From positions 97,030,001 through 97,094,000 of the forward strand of contig OX597820.1 in assembly GCA_951406725.2 (NCBI GenBank): a stretch of DNA of 64,000 bases. Reading direction: 5' to 3'. The notes beneath the pieces were generated by a model. The model made no database searches. It saw only the letters and a program-made list of their open reading frames with translations, and was not told the DNA's origin. A program made the translations under genes and the position numbers. Shown here in pieces: positions 38,351 to 51,272 of the stretch. This DNA is from Octopus vulgaris. Lineage: Eukaryota. Each line of letters starts with the position of its first letter. Within the stretch, counting starts at the first letter, position 1.

Positions 38351-39530
38351 TGACATTGCAGCCTAAGAGTAAGAAACTGTATTTGACCAGTTTGAACACA
38401 AAGTAGAATATTACGGCTGGTTTAAATGCTAAAGGGTTAAAGACAGCATATTTCAATAAAAATAGGATAGGAAAATGAAATTTAAATGCTAAAAATAAAA
38501 AAAAAATGAAAAAATTTAAAAAATCCCATCACAATTACTAGGATCATAACTAGAGCAGAAATTTTTCCTTTATGCTTTGAAGCTACAAATCTTAAGTTCA
38601 TTGCTGTATCAGGAGATTCAGGAATAAAATAAAATAAATAGGAAAAAAAAAAAAAAAAAAAAAACTTGTGGGAGAAAATTTTTCCAAGTTCTCTAAATAT
38701 GAATTTTCAAGACAGAAATTAGGAAATTCAACTGAAAAGATTCCTCTGGAAGCAAAGCATAGAATGAAAACGAATATTCTTTTACACAAACTGTGAAAAT
38801 AATTAGATGCAGGATGGTAACTGCACAGACACAAACAAAATAACTGAAACAGAGGGGGAGAGTAATTTGGAATAAAAACATTAAAAAGAAAGAAAAGAAA
38901 AACAGCAACAATGACGTCAAAGACAACAGCAGCATCAAAAGAATCTTCAGTTCACTATTTACCTTCTTCGAAAGGAGGATTTGTAAAACGTTAGTCAATG
39001 AGGATTGAAAAGTTTAGTGTTTCAACATCTTGCTCGTCAATGAAGAAAAGAATAATAAAAAAAAAACAAATGTTGGCCTCGCAGTTGGCAGTAAATGGCA
39101 AGAGACCAAAACTTGTCATTCTTTTTGACTTCTTGTAGCTAATACAGACCCTCTTCGGTTTGTTTGAATTCCAGGCTTCCCCACCCCCTACAGTTTCCAA
39201 TATTTACAATACAAAGGTGAGGACACAAGGGATTCAAGTTAACAGCAAATCTTTCTTATCTTTATATTTTATCTTTTACTTGTTTCATTCATTAGGCTGT
39301 AGCCATGCTGGAGCAGCACTTTGAACGTTTTCTTTTCAGTACTGCAATATCTATTTATGCCTAGGTGGACTTACTTTTGGGAATTAAGTCCTTAAATATC
39401 AATTAAAACACAACACTAGACTGGATGAAAAAGACAGTACATATAATTATGTACTGTAAACAACAGCAGTACCAACTGCTTACCTATATTAGCAACAGCA
39501 GTAGCACCTATATTAGCAACAGCAGCAGTA

Positions 39531-39902
39531 GTGGAGGCGCAATGGCTCAGTGGTAAGGGCAGCGGACTTGCAGTCGGAGGATCGCGGTTTCGATTCCCAG
39601 ACCGGGCGTTGTGTGTGTTTATTGAGCGAAAACACCTAAAGCTCCACGAGGTTCTGGCAGGGGGGGTGGCGACCTTTGTTGTACTCTTTCTCTCCAACTT
39701 TCTCTCACTCTTCCTTCCTGTTTCTTGTCCCCAACTTCCTACGCAACCGCTGAGCCTGGATGCGCATTCATCCATCCGTCGATACTCTCGGTGTCGGGGG
39801 TTGACCTGCTTTCTCTTCTGCGGGTCTTACGAATAGCAAAGGACCAGGTTTCGGACTTCTCCCAAGCGGACGAAGACCGATTCGCTCAACAAACAAACAA
39901 AC
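39531..39902 (+). mobile_element. tRNA-SINE group 3 copy inside a degenerate (tattagcaacagcag..) minisatellite
   Basis: TSD aacagcagcagta on both sides; A and B boxes in the head. Confidence 0.85.
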
Positions 39903-40103
39903 AGCAGCAGTAACTAAATTAGCAACAGTAGTTGTAATTATACAAGCAACAGCAGGATGTCTACTGTAGCAATACCAGCATTGTCTATATTAGCAACAAC
40001 AACAGTGGCAGTGCCTATAGTAGCAACAGCGGCAATAAACTATATTAGCAACAATAGGTAGTATACATAGTGCACACACTCAGATTCCCCTATTGCATTT
40101 TAA

Positions 40104-40322
40104 CCCTTTCGTTACCAACCTGACTGAAACCGCCTCTGGTTCTGTAGTACAAATATCTTGCTTTTGAAAGTTTTGAATTAAAATCTTCCACCAAACCTTA
40201 GTCACAATTTATGTTCCTAACACTAGCTGAATGATAAAGTTATTTTACTAAATTCTTTGTTATATTTAGAATTAATTGAAAGAAACACAGAGCATCTCAA
40301 AAGAAATATGGTAACAAAAGGG
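40104..40322. mobile_element. TTAA MITE family B (piggyBac-type)
   Basis: TIR ccctttcgttacc; TTAA on both sides; an empty paralogous site is present at 40886-40889. Confidence 0.9.
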
Positions 40323-41171
40323 TTAATAACTCCGAAAGAACATGAATCCAGAAGATGCTGAAATAAGAATTTTTTTTTTTTTTCAATTTCGTACATCTAC
40401 TCGTCTATTTCTGCACAGATCATAAAACCCCTTATTAGTTCTTTTCATTATTCTATCTATTTCATTACCATGTAAACATAGTTTAAACATAGTTTCGTCT
40501 TCCTTACTGTTGTCTTAAAACAAACTTAAGTTCCTTCACATGCATTTACTATTTGTCACCTATTCATTTATTCAAGTTTGTCACATCGTCACTAATTTCT
40601 CTAATTTTGTCCTAGATTGGCTGACCGAAAATTCTAAGATCCTTCAATTCTATTTCACTATTATCAGCATTTGCTGTTTCATTAAATTATGTTACCCAAA
40701 ATCCCCAAAGAATATTTTTCTCCCTCATGTTCTATCCCTGACCACCCTAACTCTGGCCCTCTCTCTCTCTGTCTCACTCTGTCTATCTCTGTTTGGCTAA
40801 CCACTTGCTTCACCAACACTTCCCCCTCCTCCACCATCCCACCCTATATAAACTAGCACATGCATTCGGATTCCCCTACTCCATTTTAATAACTCCGTTG
40901 AAAGAATATGAATCCAGAAGATGCACTTGTCTAATCTTGCTATTTCGGGTTATGCCCTCCCACCCCCTGCACTGGAAGTCACTGTCCTCTGTCATCCTTT
41001 GGTTGTCTCCCATGAATACTTCTAAAGGCTTAACGCCATCCCCACTCCTACTAAGGGTTTATCTCCTATGTAAGGTAGTGATCATATAGCACATAAAAAT
41101 GATGGTGTAGTGTATGCAGGTTGAAGGCTGTTGTTTGTTTATGAATTCTGCCAAATGCAAGCTTTCTTTTC

Positions 41172-41870
41172 AGGTACATGATGCTGCTGTTCCAAATCCC
41201 AGGGTCTCACAGGCCCACAATTCCCACACCCTCAGAGTTGACACACTCAACATGGGCACACTGAAAAGTAGGTCTGGTGAGATTGTTGAGATGCTTGAAT
41301 GGAGACATGTAGATTTGTGCTGCCTCCAAGTAGTAAGGTGGAGAGGAGGTTCCGCTAGGTTCCTCACAGGCAAAGAACACAGGTACAAGATTTTCTGGGC
41401 AGGGGTTGGGGGAGTAGGTATACTTCTTGTGGAGAAATGGGTTGCTAAGGTAATCGAGGTAGTCAGAGTATACTTATGATTAGATTAGTGCTACATCATG
41501 GGTTAGTAACCATTATCTCGGCCTACACCCCTCAGCTGGGCTACCTGATGGACAGAAAAACCTATTTTATGACACCCTCTTGCAGACTACCTCATTGATG
41601 AATGACAGGGACCTTCTCTTTGTGGCTGGTGACTTCAATGGACGTATTGGACAATATGCAGGGGGCTTCCATGGCGTACATGGAAGCTATGGTTTTGGTT
41701 CCGGCAATAAGGAGGGAATCAGGCTACTGGAGTTCTGAGATGCAAATGATCTTATGGTTTGCAATACTAACTTCAGGAAACCTGCCAGTCACCTAATCGC
41801 CTACCGATCTGGTAGACACACTAGCCAAATTGACTACATCCTTGGCAGAAAAAGAGAAAGATGGCTGCTT
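41172..41870 (+). mobile_element. RTE-clade LINE apurinic endonuclease fragment (frameshifted)
   Basis: TLNMGTL, VDLCCLQ, GVGILL, SAYTPQ, AGDFNG, NTNFRK, SQIDYIL. Confidence 0.9.
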
Positions 41871-41871
41871 A

Positions 41872-42412
41872 TATCAGGTAATCCCATAAGTTCTGTCCAA
41901 TTTTATAAGGTTGTCCCAAAAGTTCGTAGAAAGTCTTGGAAAATAATGGTCTTTATTTTGAGGAATAATTTTTGTTGTTTTTGTTAGTACTTGGCGAGTA
42001 AAAATTCAATTTTCGCAAGTGTTTACGAACTTTTGGGACAACCTAATACTTTTTTTAAAACTGAATGAAATTTAATAGTATTTTAGAATGTCTAATCATC
42101 ATCATCATCGTTTAACATCCGCTTTCCATGCTAGCATGGGTTGGACGGTTCAACTGGGGTCTGGGAAGACCGAAGGCTGCACCAGGCCAGTCAGATCTGG
42201 CAGTGTTTCTACAGCTGGATGCCCTTCCTAATGCTAACCACTCCGTGAGTGGAAATTAAAATTATTTCATTGCATTTGTGTACATTAAATATTATAACTA
42301 ATTAAATATTATTTTACAGAATAATAGAATTAAAATTTCTTTGATTAAAACCCTTTGTAACATGGAAGTATCCAAAGAGCATTTAAAGCACATAATGCTT
42401 TATGAGTACAAC
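41872..42412 (+). mobile_element. Mariner 5' end (TIR plus transposase start MEVSKEHLKHIMLYEY) interrupted by a mariner MITE and an RTE tail
   Basis: ta-tcaggtaatcccataagtt TIR-like start; ATG at 42362 gives a mariner-like N-terminus. Confidence 0.6.
41906..42046. mobile_element. Small mariner-type MITE
   Basis: TIR t(a/t)aggttgtcccaaaagttcgta; TA TSD. Confidence 0.8.
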
Positions 42413-42469
42413 GCAGCAAAGCATTTCATCCGGCATGCTAATGATTCTGTCAGTTTGCCACCTTAAAAA

Positions 42470-42508
42470 GTGGTGGTGGTGGTGGTGGTGGTGGCGGCGG
42501 CGGCGGCG

Positions 42509-42539
<31 letters not shown>

Positions 42540-42541
42540 TA
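42470..42541. repeat. Compound trinucleotide microsatellite (GTG)n(GCG)n(GCA)n(GTA)n
   Basis: Read directly from the sequence. Confidence 0.95.
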
Positions 42542-42576
42542 ATTCATGTAAGAACTACAGAAGTTCAAGCTATTAA

Positions 42577-42797
42577 CCCTTTCGTTACTGTATTTATTTT
42601 GAGATGCTCAGTGTTTCTTTCAATTATTTTTAAAATAACAAAGAATTTAGTAAAATAACTTAGCTGTCATTAAGCTAATGTTAGGAACATAAATTGTGAC
42701 TAAGGTTTGATGGTAAATTTTAATGAAAAACTAATGAAAACAAGACATTTATACTACAGAGCCAAAGCCGGTTTTGGCCGGGTTGGTAACGAAAGGG
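42577..42797. mobile_element. TTAA MITE family B copy
   Basis: ttaa-ccctttcgttac ... gtaacgaaaggg-ttaa. Confidence 0.9.
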
Positions 42798-43396
42798 TTA
42801 AACCATTATGAACTCATCAATGTGAGATAACTTGTGGAAATCGTGGGCCAACTCCTGATCTTAGCTCTGATTATACCTTTATCTTTTACTTGTTGCAGTC
42901 ATTAGACTACAGCCATGCAGGAGCAACACCTTGAAGAATTTTTAGTTGAACAAATCAACCCCAGGATGTATTTTTTTTAAACCTGGTACTTATTCTTTTG
43001 GTCTCTTTTGCTGAACCACCTAAGTTACAGGGACATAAACACACCAACACCAGTTGTCAAGAGGAGGTGGGTGGGGGGATAAACACAGACACAAAGACAC
43101 ACACATACATATATGTATAACCCTTCCTGCCACTTTCAGCTTCCATCAACCAAATCCACTCACGCAATTTTGGCTGGCCCAAGGCTGTATTAGAAGACAT
43201 TTGCCCACACCTGCACATGTAGTTAATTTTTATTTTAAATTCTCAAGCAATGCATATCATCTAATATCCCCCCTTTTACATGCTTGCATGGGTTGGATGG
43301 AGCTTACTTGAGGCAGATTTTTCTTGGAAATAAATTACACTGCTTGTATGACAGTGACACTCATTTACAACTTTCACATAATGTTAAGACAAGGAG

Positions 43397-43428
<32 letters not shown>

Positions 43429-45687
43429 GGCTTCTTTCAGTTTGTGTCAACCAAATCCACACAAAAAAGGCTTTAGTTAGCCAACACCCGCACCTACTTC
43501 AGATACTGATAAGCAACAAGCAGGGGAGGAAGGCCAGATAAGGTTATATAATACAGCAATATACAGACTACTGTAGTCAGTATGACACACAACAAACTAC
43601 TGAACACAGATGGTATAAACAGTAACCTTTGAACTCTAACACAAGCATTAAATTAATACAATATCCAGTTTTCAGACTAAAGTCTGATATGAATATGTAA
43701 AACTGGTTTATTTTCTTTCAGCACAAGGTGAATTTTATTGTTATAGAGCATAGATAGAGTCCACTGAATCAACTCTTGTATATTATTGATACTCTTGTAT
43801 ATAACTGAATATACAAGAGTACAATCAACTCTTATCTATTACTAGAGACAAGAGATGGAAAGAAAAACAAAAATTATTAGCCTTTGGCTCTGCTATTCTA
43901 AATTACACTTTATTATAGCCATCTCATTCTTTAAATATCTTTTATCATTTATTTTTTAGTTGTTTGATATAGGGGACCACAGCCGTATTGAAGAAGTGCC
44001 TTAAAGTGTTGTAGTCAAACAAATTGACCCCAGCACTACAGAAACACACAAACACATATTTAATACACATACACACACACACACAATACACCCACATGCA
44101 TACACATATCTATGGCAGGTTTCCACATAGCTTCCGCCCACCTGATTTACACACAAAGCATTCATTAGTCCAAGGTGTCGCACAATGACTGAACCCGAAA
44201 CCATGTACTTTCAAACCAAGCTTCTTAACCACACAGCCAACATTTTTTTTTTTTTATATTTCCTCTTCGAATTTTTATTTTCTCGTCCCATTTTAGTATA
44301 TTTTATATTATAATCATTATTATTTTTTTTTATTCAAAGAACATTCTGGAAAGACAGAAAAGAAATTTGTCTTTTTCTTGATTTCATGACTAATATCAAA
44401 CACCTCAGTGTTGAAATATCTGAACACATTAGTTCATTAGAGTGGCATTTATAGACTTCACTTTGTACAATAAATCAGCTGGCAGAGCCCATCCCACTCC
44501 AAGAAATACTAACAGGAAGAATTGAAATTAACACTGCAAAGCTAATGAAATACTTATCGCTTTTACAATGCTTGTGCAACATACAGCAGTAAGTTGCAAC
44601 ATACTGAGAAATTTATCTACAGCACCTACATGTATGAGACCAGAGTGAAATGGATGCCTTGGAGGAAATACAACATAGTTCTGGACAGAGGATACAACCT
44701 GCAAACACTTTGGATACTTTTTTTTTTTTTTTTACTTTCTACTTCTTTCAGTCATTTGACTGTGGCCATGCTGGAGCACCGCCTTTAGTCGAGCAAATCG
44801 ATCCCAGGACTTATTCTTTGTAAGCCTATTACTTATTCCATTGGTCTCTTTTTGCCGAACCGCTAAGTTCGGGGGAACAAACACAGACACAACCATACAC
44901 ACACACACACACACATATATGTATATACATATTGGTAAAACGGTAAGATAACAAAAGAAAGAAAAAAACCTCAATATTATGTAAATAGAGAAAATTTATC
45001 TGTAAAATAATATGTGACAATTATTTGGTGTGGATTTCCACCTCGGCATCCGAAACTCAGAGTTTTATCTTGGCTACTGAATAATTGTCACATATTATTT
45101 TACAGATATATATATATATATACATGTATACGACGGGCTTCTTTCAGTCTCCGTCTACCAAATCCACTCACAAGACTTTGGTCGGCCCAAGGCTATAGTA
45201 GAAGACATTTGCCCAAGGTGCCATGTAGTGGGACTGAACCCAGAACCATGTGGTTCGTAAGAAAGCTACTTACCACACAGGTACTCCTAACTGTTTTGTG
45301 ACTTCTGTTGAAATACACTGCTTTTGTTTCAGCTAATTTTGTAGCTTTTATCTTTTACTCATTTCAATCATTTGACTGTGGCCATGCTGGGGCACTTACC
45401 TTGCAGAATTTTTTGTCGAATGAATTAACCCCAGTACTTTTATTTTTTAAAGCCTGGTACTTATTCTATTGATTCTTTTGCCAAACAGCTAAGTTACAGG
45501 AATGTAAACAAACCAACACCTATTGTCAAGTGGTGGTGAGGAGAAACACTTGGGCTTCTTTCAGTTTCCGTTTACCAAATCCACTCATAAGGCTTTGGTT
45601 AGCCTGAGGCTACAGTAGAAGACATTTGCCCAAGGTGTCATGCAGTAGGACTGAACCCAGAACCATGTGGTTAGGAAGCAAGCTTCT

Positions 45688-46165
45688 TATTTCTTTATTG
45701 CCACACAAGGGGCTAAACATAGAGGGGACAAACAAGGACAGACAAAGGTATTAAGTCGATTACATCGACCCCAGTGCATAACTGGTACTTAATTTATCGA
45801 CCCCGAAAGGATGAAAGGCAAAGTCGACCTCGGCAGAATTTGAACACAGAACCTAACAGCAGACGAAATACCTATTTCTTTACTACCCACAAGGGGCTAA
45901 ACACAGAGGGGACAAACAAGGACAGACACACGGATTAAGTCGATTACATCGACCCCAGTGCGTAACTGGTACTTATTTAATCGACCCCGAAAGGATGAAA
46001 GGCAAAGTCGACCTCGACGGAATTTGAACTCAGAATGTAGCGGCAGACAAAATATCGCTTAGCATTTCGCCCGGCATGCTAATGTTTCTGCCAGCTCGCC
46101 GCCTTAGGCAGACGAGATACCGCAAACATTTTGCCCGGCATGCTAACGATTCTGCCAGCTCACAA
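45688..46165 (-). mobile_element. Dimeric tRNA-SINE family 2 cluster
   Basis: Two head-to-tail units joined at aagaaata|ggtatttcgtctgc. Confidence 0.8.
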
Positions 46166-47060
46166 CCTTACCACACAGTCACATCTGTGCCAATGAAGAA
46201 TTTAATGAATTTAATAAAATATTGTTGTTATTATAATGTTGGAACATAAATTAACATGAAATTTTGACGGAAAGTTTTAGTTTTATCTTAATTTAAACCT
46301 TTAGCATTTAAATTGGCCATTTCAAGCCCAAATATTCTACCTGCTTTACGTTCATGTGACTAGATCTAGCTTCTCACACTCACCCCACAATGTCATTCTA
46401 AAAATAAACAATCATAGTATATCCAAATGTTTCAGCTATGAGATAATGCATGAATAATTGAAAACAAGGTGAATAAATAAGCATTAAACTTGACAACATA
46501 AATGTTAAAAGATTAATACAGTAAACTTGTATCATCGGGTCATGGGGTAGTCTCAAGTGGGTCAGTATGAAAAGGGTTAAACCATATCAACTAAAGCAGC
46601 TACAATACACTTCTAGCAGGAGACAGAGGATATGTCCATACCATTGCATGCAATGGATAGCAATGAAGTGAGGGGGGCTGTGGACAATTCTTTGTTAGAA
46701 ATGTACTGGTAGTGAGGTGTGCTGATAGTAAGGTGGCGAGCTGGCAGAAACATTAGCACGCCTGGCGAAATACGTAGCCGTATTTCGTCTGCCGTTACGT
46801 TCTGAGTTCAAACTCCGCCGAGGTCGACTTTGCCTTTCATCTTTTTGGGGTTGATGATTTAAGTACCAGTTAGGCACTGGGGTCGATATAATCGACTTAA
46901 TCCATTTGTCTGTCCTTGTTTGTCCCCTATGTGTGTAGCCCCTTGTGGGCAGTAAAGAAATAAGAGATGTGCTGGTAGACAATATTTTAAAATTATCATC
47001 AATCTACAGGTCCCATAATGTATTTTTCAACAGAAATTTAATGCCCAAAAGGATACTTAC

Positions 47061-47226
47061 TTTTACTGCCATGATTTTACCACTGGGACGATGCCTCATT
47101 TTCTCTACCACACCATAAGCACCTTGACCCAGGGTACTTAAACTTTCCAAATCATCTGCATCACAATTGAACTTTTGTCCTCCTATATTGATTTCAGTTT
47201 TGGAATCCAAATTACCAGGGGGATTG
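47061..47226 (-). CDS. MAP2K6: MKK3/6 exon: NPPGNLDSK...GQGAYGVVEKMRHRPSGKIMAVK (kinase subdomains I-II)
   Basis: ttttcag acceptor and gtaagt donor; Gly-rich loop and catalytic Lys. Confidence 0.95.
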
Positions 47227-47899
47227 CTGAAAAAGAAAAAAAAAGAAAACAAGTTAAATAAGATTTAATCATCATTTAATGTCTGCTTTCCATGTTGGTA
47301 TGGGTTGAATGATTTGACAGGACCTGGCAAGGATGGGACTGACACCTGGTTCCCTTGTCTGTATTAGCATGGTTTCTACAGCTGGATGACCTTCCTAATG
47401 CCAACCACTTTACAGCGTGTACTAGGTGCTTTTTCGGTGGCACTATCACCAGTGTTATTGACTATATATTATTACATCATCACCATAGATAACATCCACT
47501 TTTCTACATTTGTATGGGTCAGATGAAATTTACTGATGCAATATTTCCCTGAGGGGAGATGTTATTTTTTTAAATTTTTTTTTTTACCGAAACCCAAACA
47601 GTGATTGTTTTTACACTCATCAGATGATGTGAAGGACACACACACAATTGCTTCTTTCAGTTTCCATCAACCAAATCCACTCACAAGGCTTTGGCTGGCC
47701 CAACATTATAGTAGAAGACACTTGCCCAAGGTACAGTGCAATGAGACTGAACTCAAGACCACATGGATAGGGAACAAATTTCTTAACCTCACAACCACAT
47801 TGGCACACATGCACACACACAAACTTCAATTACACACCCACTCTGTAAACAGTGTGAGTATACACGTGTGTACATGTGAGTTTATATTTATATATATAT

Positions 47900-48077
47900 A
47901 TACACAAATATGAGAGAGAATCCACTATGTGGTCGCTCTTACGCTAAAGATAGATCCACAAGGGTCTCAACCACTAAGAATTGTTCTCAAGAAAAATTCT
48001 TAGTGGTTGAGACCCTTGTGGATCTATCTTTAGCGTAAGAGCGCCCACATAGTGGATTCTCTCTCATATTTGTGTAT
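47900..48077. repeat. Near-perfect 178-bp hairpin (88-bp arms, 2 mismatches)
   Basis: tacacaaatatgagagagaatccactatgtgg...accactaagaatt / aattcttagtggt...ccacatagtggattctctctcatatttgtgta. Confidence 0.95.
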
Positions 48078-48960
48078 TAATAATATTTACTGAATCTCAG
48101 TCTTTTATGCGCTAGACCACTTGTGTTAAATTGGTGTTATTAAATTAATATCCAATTTTTACACCCTCATTTTGATTTTAATTATATATATATGTGTGTA
48201 TATATATATATATAAATAAAGTGAAATTTACATATACTATTCTCAGCTAGTTTATATGAAATGGTGGTTGTTAAATTGGTATCTTTAAAAGCAAAGAGTA
48301 TTAGTAAGACCAGACCCCTCCTTTGCAATACTAGCAGTATGATGTCAGCCAGCTGCAAGTATGAATATTTGATTAAATTTCCAATAGAAGCCATGTTCAC
48401 ATCACACTAAAATAAAAGGTATGAAGAGAATGCCACAACTCCTACATATTTATATCTCCTGTAGAATTTAGCTTTGTACACTTACTGAAACAAAAACAAA
48501 ACATACTTTTCCGGTATTGGTATCTGAAATGCTAATTATTTCTATAGTAGTGTTTTCTAACAAAGGCACAAGGACACAATCTCATCATAACATCGACTTC
48601 CCCTTGTTTGCATGGGTCAGATAGAATTTGTTGAGATACATTTTCTATGGCTAAATGCCCTTCCTATCACCAACTCCTACTTGTTTCCAAGCAAGGTAAT
48701 ATTTTTCCCACATGACCAGACATGCTTCCATAGAAGGCTGGAAAAGAAGGATACCATATGTATGACAGTGATACTCACTGAATGATAATCAATCAATGTC
48801 AAGACAAGGAAACACACACACACACACACACACACACACTGACAAGCTCCTTTCAGTTTCAATCTATTAATCCATTAGTATTTAAACTGGTCATATCGGA
48901 CCCAGATATTGTACCCTTATGTTCAAACAACACAGATCAGGCCTCTCAAACCTACCTTAA

Positions 48961-49181
48961 CCCTTTAGCATTTAAACCGGCCATATCCGGCCAAAAATAT
49001 TCTACTTGTTTTATGTTCAAACTAGCCATATCTGGTCTCTCACACCAACCCTACAATATTGTTTAAAAAATTAACAGCTACCTCATAAAAATCTCATAGC
49101 TACAAGATAATGCCTGATTAGTTCAAAACAATGTGGATGAAGAAGCATTAATTTTGATAGAATAATGTGAACACTAAAGGG
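48961..49181. mobile_element. TTAA MITE family A inserted in an older copy of itself (48871-49308)
   Basis: TTAA at 48957-48960 and 49182-49185; the flanks rejoin to a complete outer copy. Confidence 0.85.
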
Positions 49182-49497
49182 TTAAAATGTCTTTCTAAAA
49201 ATAATCATATTATTGAAATTTCAAAGTTAGAAGATAATGTACACTGAATTCAAAACAATGTGAATAAATAAGCAATACATTTGACAGAGTAATCTGAATA
49301 TTAAAGGGTTAGACCCACTGTGATTTTGGTCAGATTATAGAGGGCACTTGCCCAAGATGGTCACATAATGAAACTAAACCCACAATTTGATTTATATCAA
49401 CACCAGTATTGAACTGGACTTTATTATATTGACCTTTTAAAAATGAAAGGTGAAGTCCGTCACAGTAGGACTTAAACTCAAAATGCAAGAGAAGTAA

Positions 49498-49658
49498 CGC
49501 AGGAGTGGCTGTGAGGTAAGTAGCTTGCTAACCAGTCACATGGTTCTGGGTTCAGTCCCACTGCGTGGCATCTTGGGCAAGTGTCTTTTGCTATAGCCCC
49601 GGGCCGACCAATACCTTGTGAGTGGATTTGGTAGACGGAAACTGAAAGAAGCCTGTCG

Positions 49659-49697
<39 letters not shown>

Positions 49698-49913
49698 TTG
49701 TGTGTCTGTGTTTGTCCCCCTAGCATTGCTTGACAACCGATGCTGGTGTGTTTACGTCCCAGTCACTTAGCGGTTCGGCAAAAAGAGACTGATAGAATAA
49801 GTACTGGGCTTAGAAAGAATAAGTCCCGGGGTCGATTTGCTCGACTAAAGGTGGTGCTCCAGCATGGCCACAGTCAAATGACTGAAACAAGTAAAAGAGA
49901 GAGTAAAAGAGTA
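49498..49913 (+). mobile_element. tRNA-SINE family 1 copy
   Basis: Full-length match to 3713-4092. Confidence 0.9.
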
Positions 49914-51272
49914 AATGCCACAAGGCATTTCTCTAATAACAATATGCTGTAAATTTAAATTTGTTAACATTAATCCTGTTATCACTATTATTATTATTAT
50001 ACAGAGGTATTTTCCAATCCAGCCAAATCTATGGACATATTTTAAATTTCTAGTTGAAGAAATATTTGGCTTCATTGATATAATTCATGAGAAAAGTGTG
50101 AATCTCACTTATCCCTTAGTTATAAATGTTAGGCTTCATGTCTACCAGGAAAAGGAAATAGAAAACCATTCCATTCCTCAGATGGTATGAACATCATCAT
50201 CATGGCAATCTACATCTGGAAATAGATAGGTTTCACAAACAACCGAGGCAGACTGAAACAAGAAACACATCAGGTAGGTCAACATCCTACTGCCTCAGTC
50301 AGCTGTGAATTTGAAAATTCTTTTTTAAAAAAATAAATATAAAGGTAATGTAAGAAAACAAAACAAAAAGTGTTAAACTACTACTCAGTGTATCATATAA
50401 CATTATTTATCATATAAATTATTTATGAAAAAAAAATGTGGAATTAACTGTGAAAACACAAAACATTGCTTTATTTGTTATTATGGTTATGTGAGATTTC
50501 AACCATGAGAAACCTTTTAAATAAAACTATTTAATACCCAGAACCAGGCCGTTAGTTTTTGTTTAATCCAGTTGTGCTAGAACTTGGTCAACAAAAGCTT
50601 ATATAGTTTCACATTTGTTTATGTAGCAGTGCATGAGAACTTAAAGATCTTTGTAAAACTGACAGTTTACAGGGGGTTAAAGAAAATGGCCTGACCTCCA
50701 TCATTTTCATGAGTCCTGTGTTGGGGCCACATACAAAGCACCTGGCACACACTGTAATGTGGTTGGCATTAGGAAAGGCATCCAGCTGTAGAAACTAAAC
50801 CAAATCAGTCTGAAGACTGGTGCAGCTCCCCAGCTTGCCGGCTCTGGTCAAACTGCCAACCCATACCTATTTCTTTACTATCCACAAGGGGCTAAACACA
50901 GAGAGGACAAACAAGGACAGACAAACAGATTAAGTCGATTATATGGACCCCAGTGCGTAACTGGTACTTATTTAATCGACCCCGAAAGGATGAAAGGCAA
51001 AGTCGACCTCGGCGGAATTTGAACTCAAAACATAACGGCAGACGAAATACTGCTAAGCATTTCGCCCAACATGCTAACGTTTCTGCCAGCTCGCAGCAAA
51101 CCCATACCAGTATGGAAAACGGATGTTAAAGGATGATGATGAAGATGATGTTCTCGGAAATAAGTAAAAGTTGCTTCAACAGAGTTATAAACAAAACAAA
51201 AATTATAAACATGGTTCATCAAAGCAAAAATAAAATGTTCTATCTTTAATGTTCTAATATTGTATTGTTTTA

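Noticed and set aside
39531-39605. tRNA-like sequence with A and B boxes
   Set aside because: It continues into a SINE body with a TSD and has several diverged copies; a SINE head rather than a tRNA gene.
42383-42658. Poly-Val/Ala and poly-His/Arg ORFs
   Set aside because: They are translations of the trinucleotide microsatellite.
43665-43708. Small branched hairpin ccagtttt-cagact-aa-agtctg...aaaactgg (possible ribozyme or miRNA)
   Set aside because: No CUGANGA on either strand, and too short and branched for a pre-miRNA.
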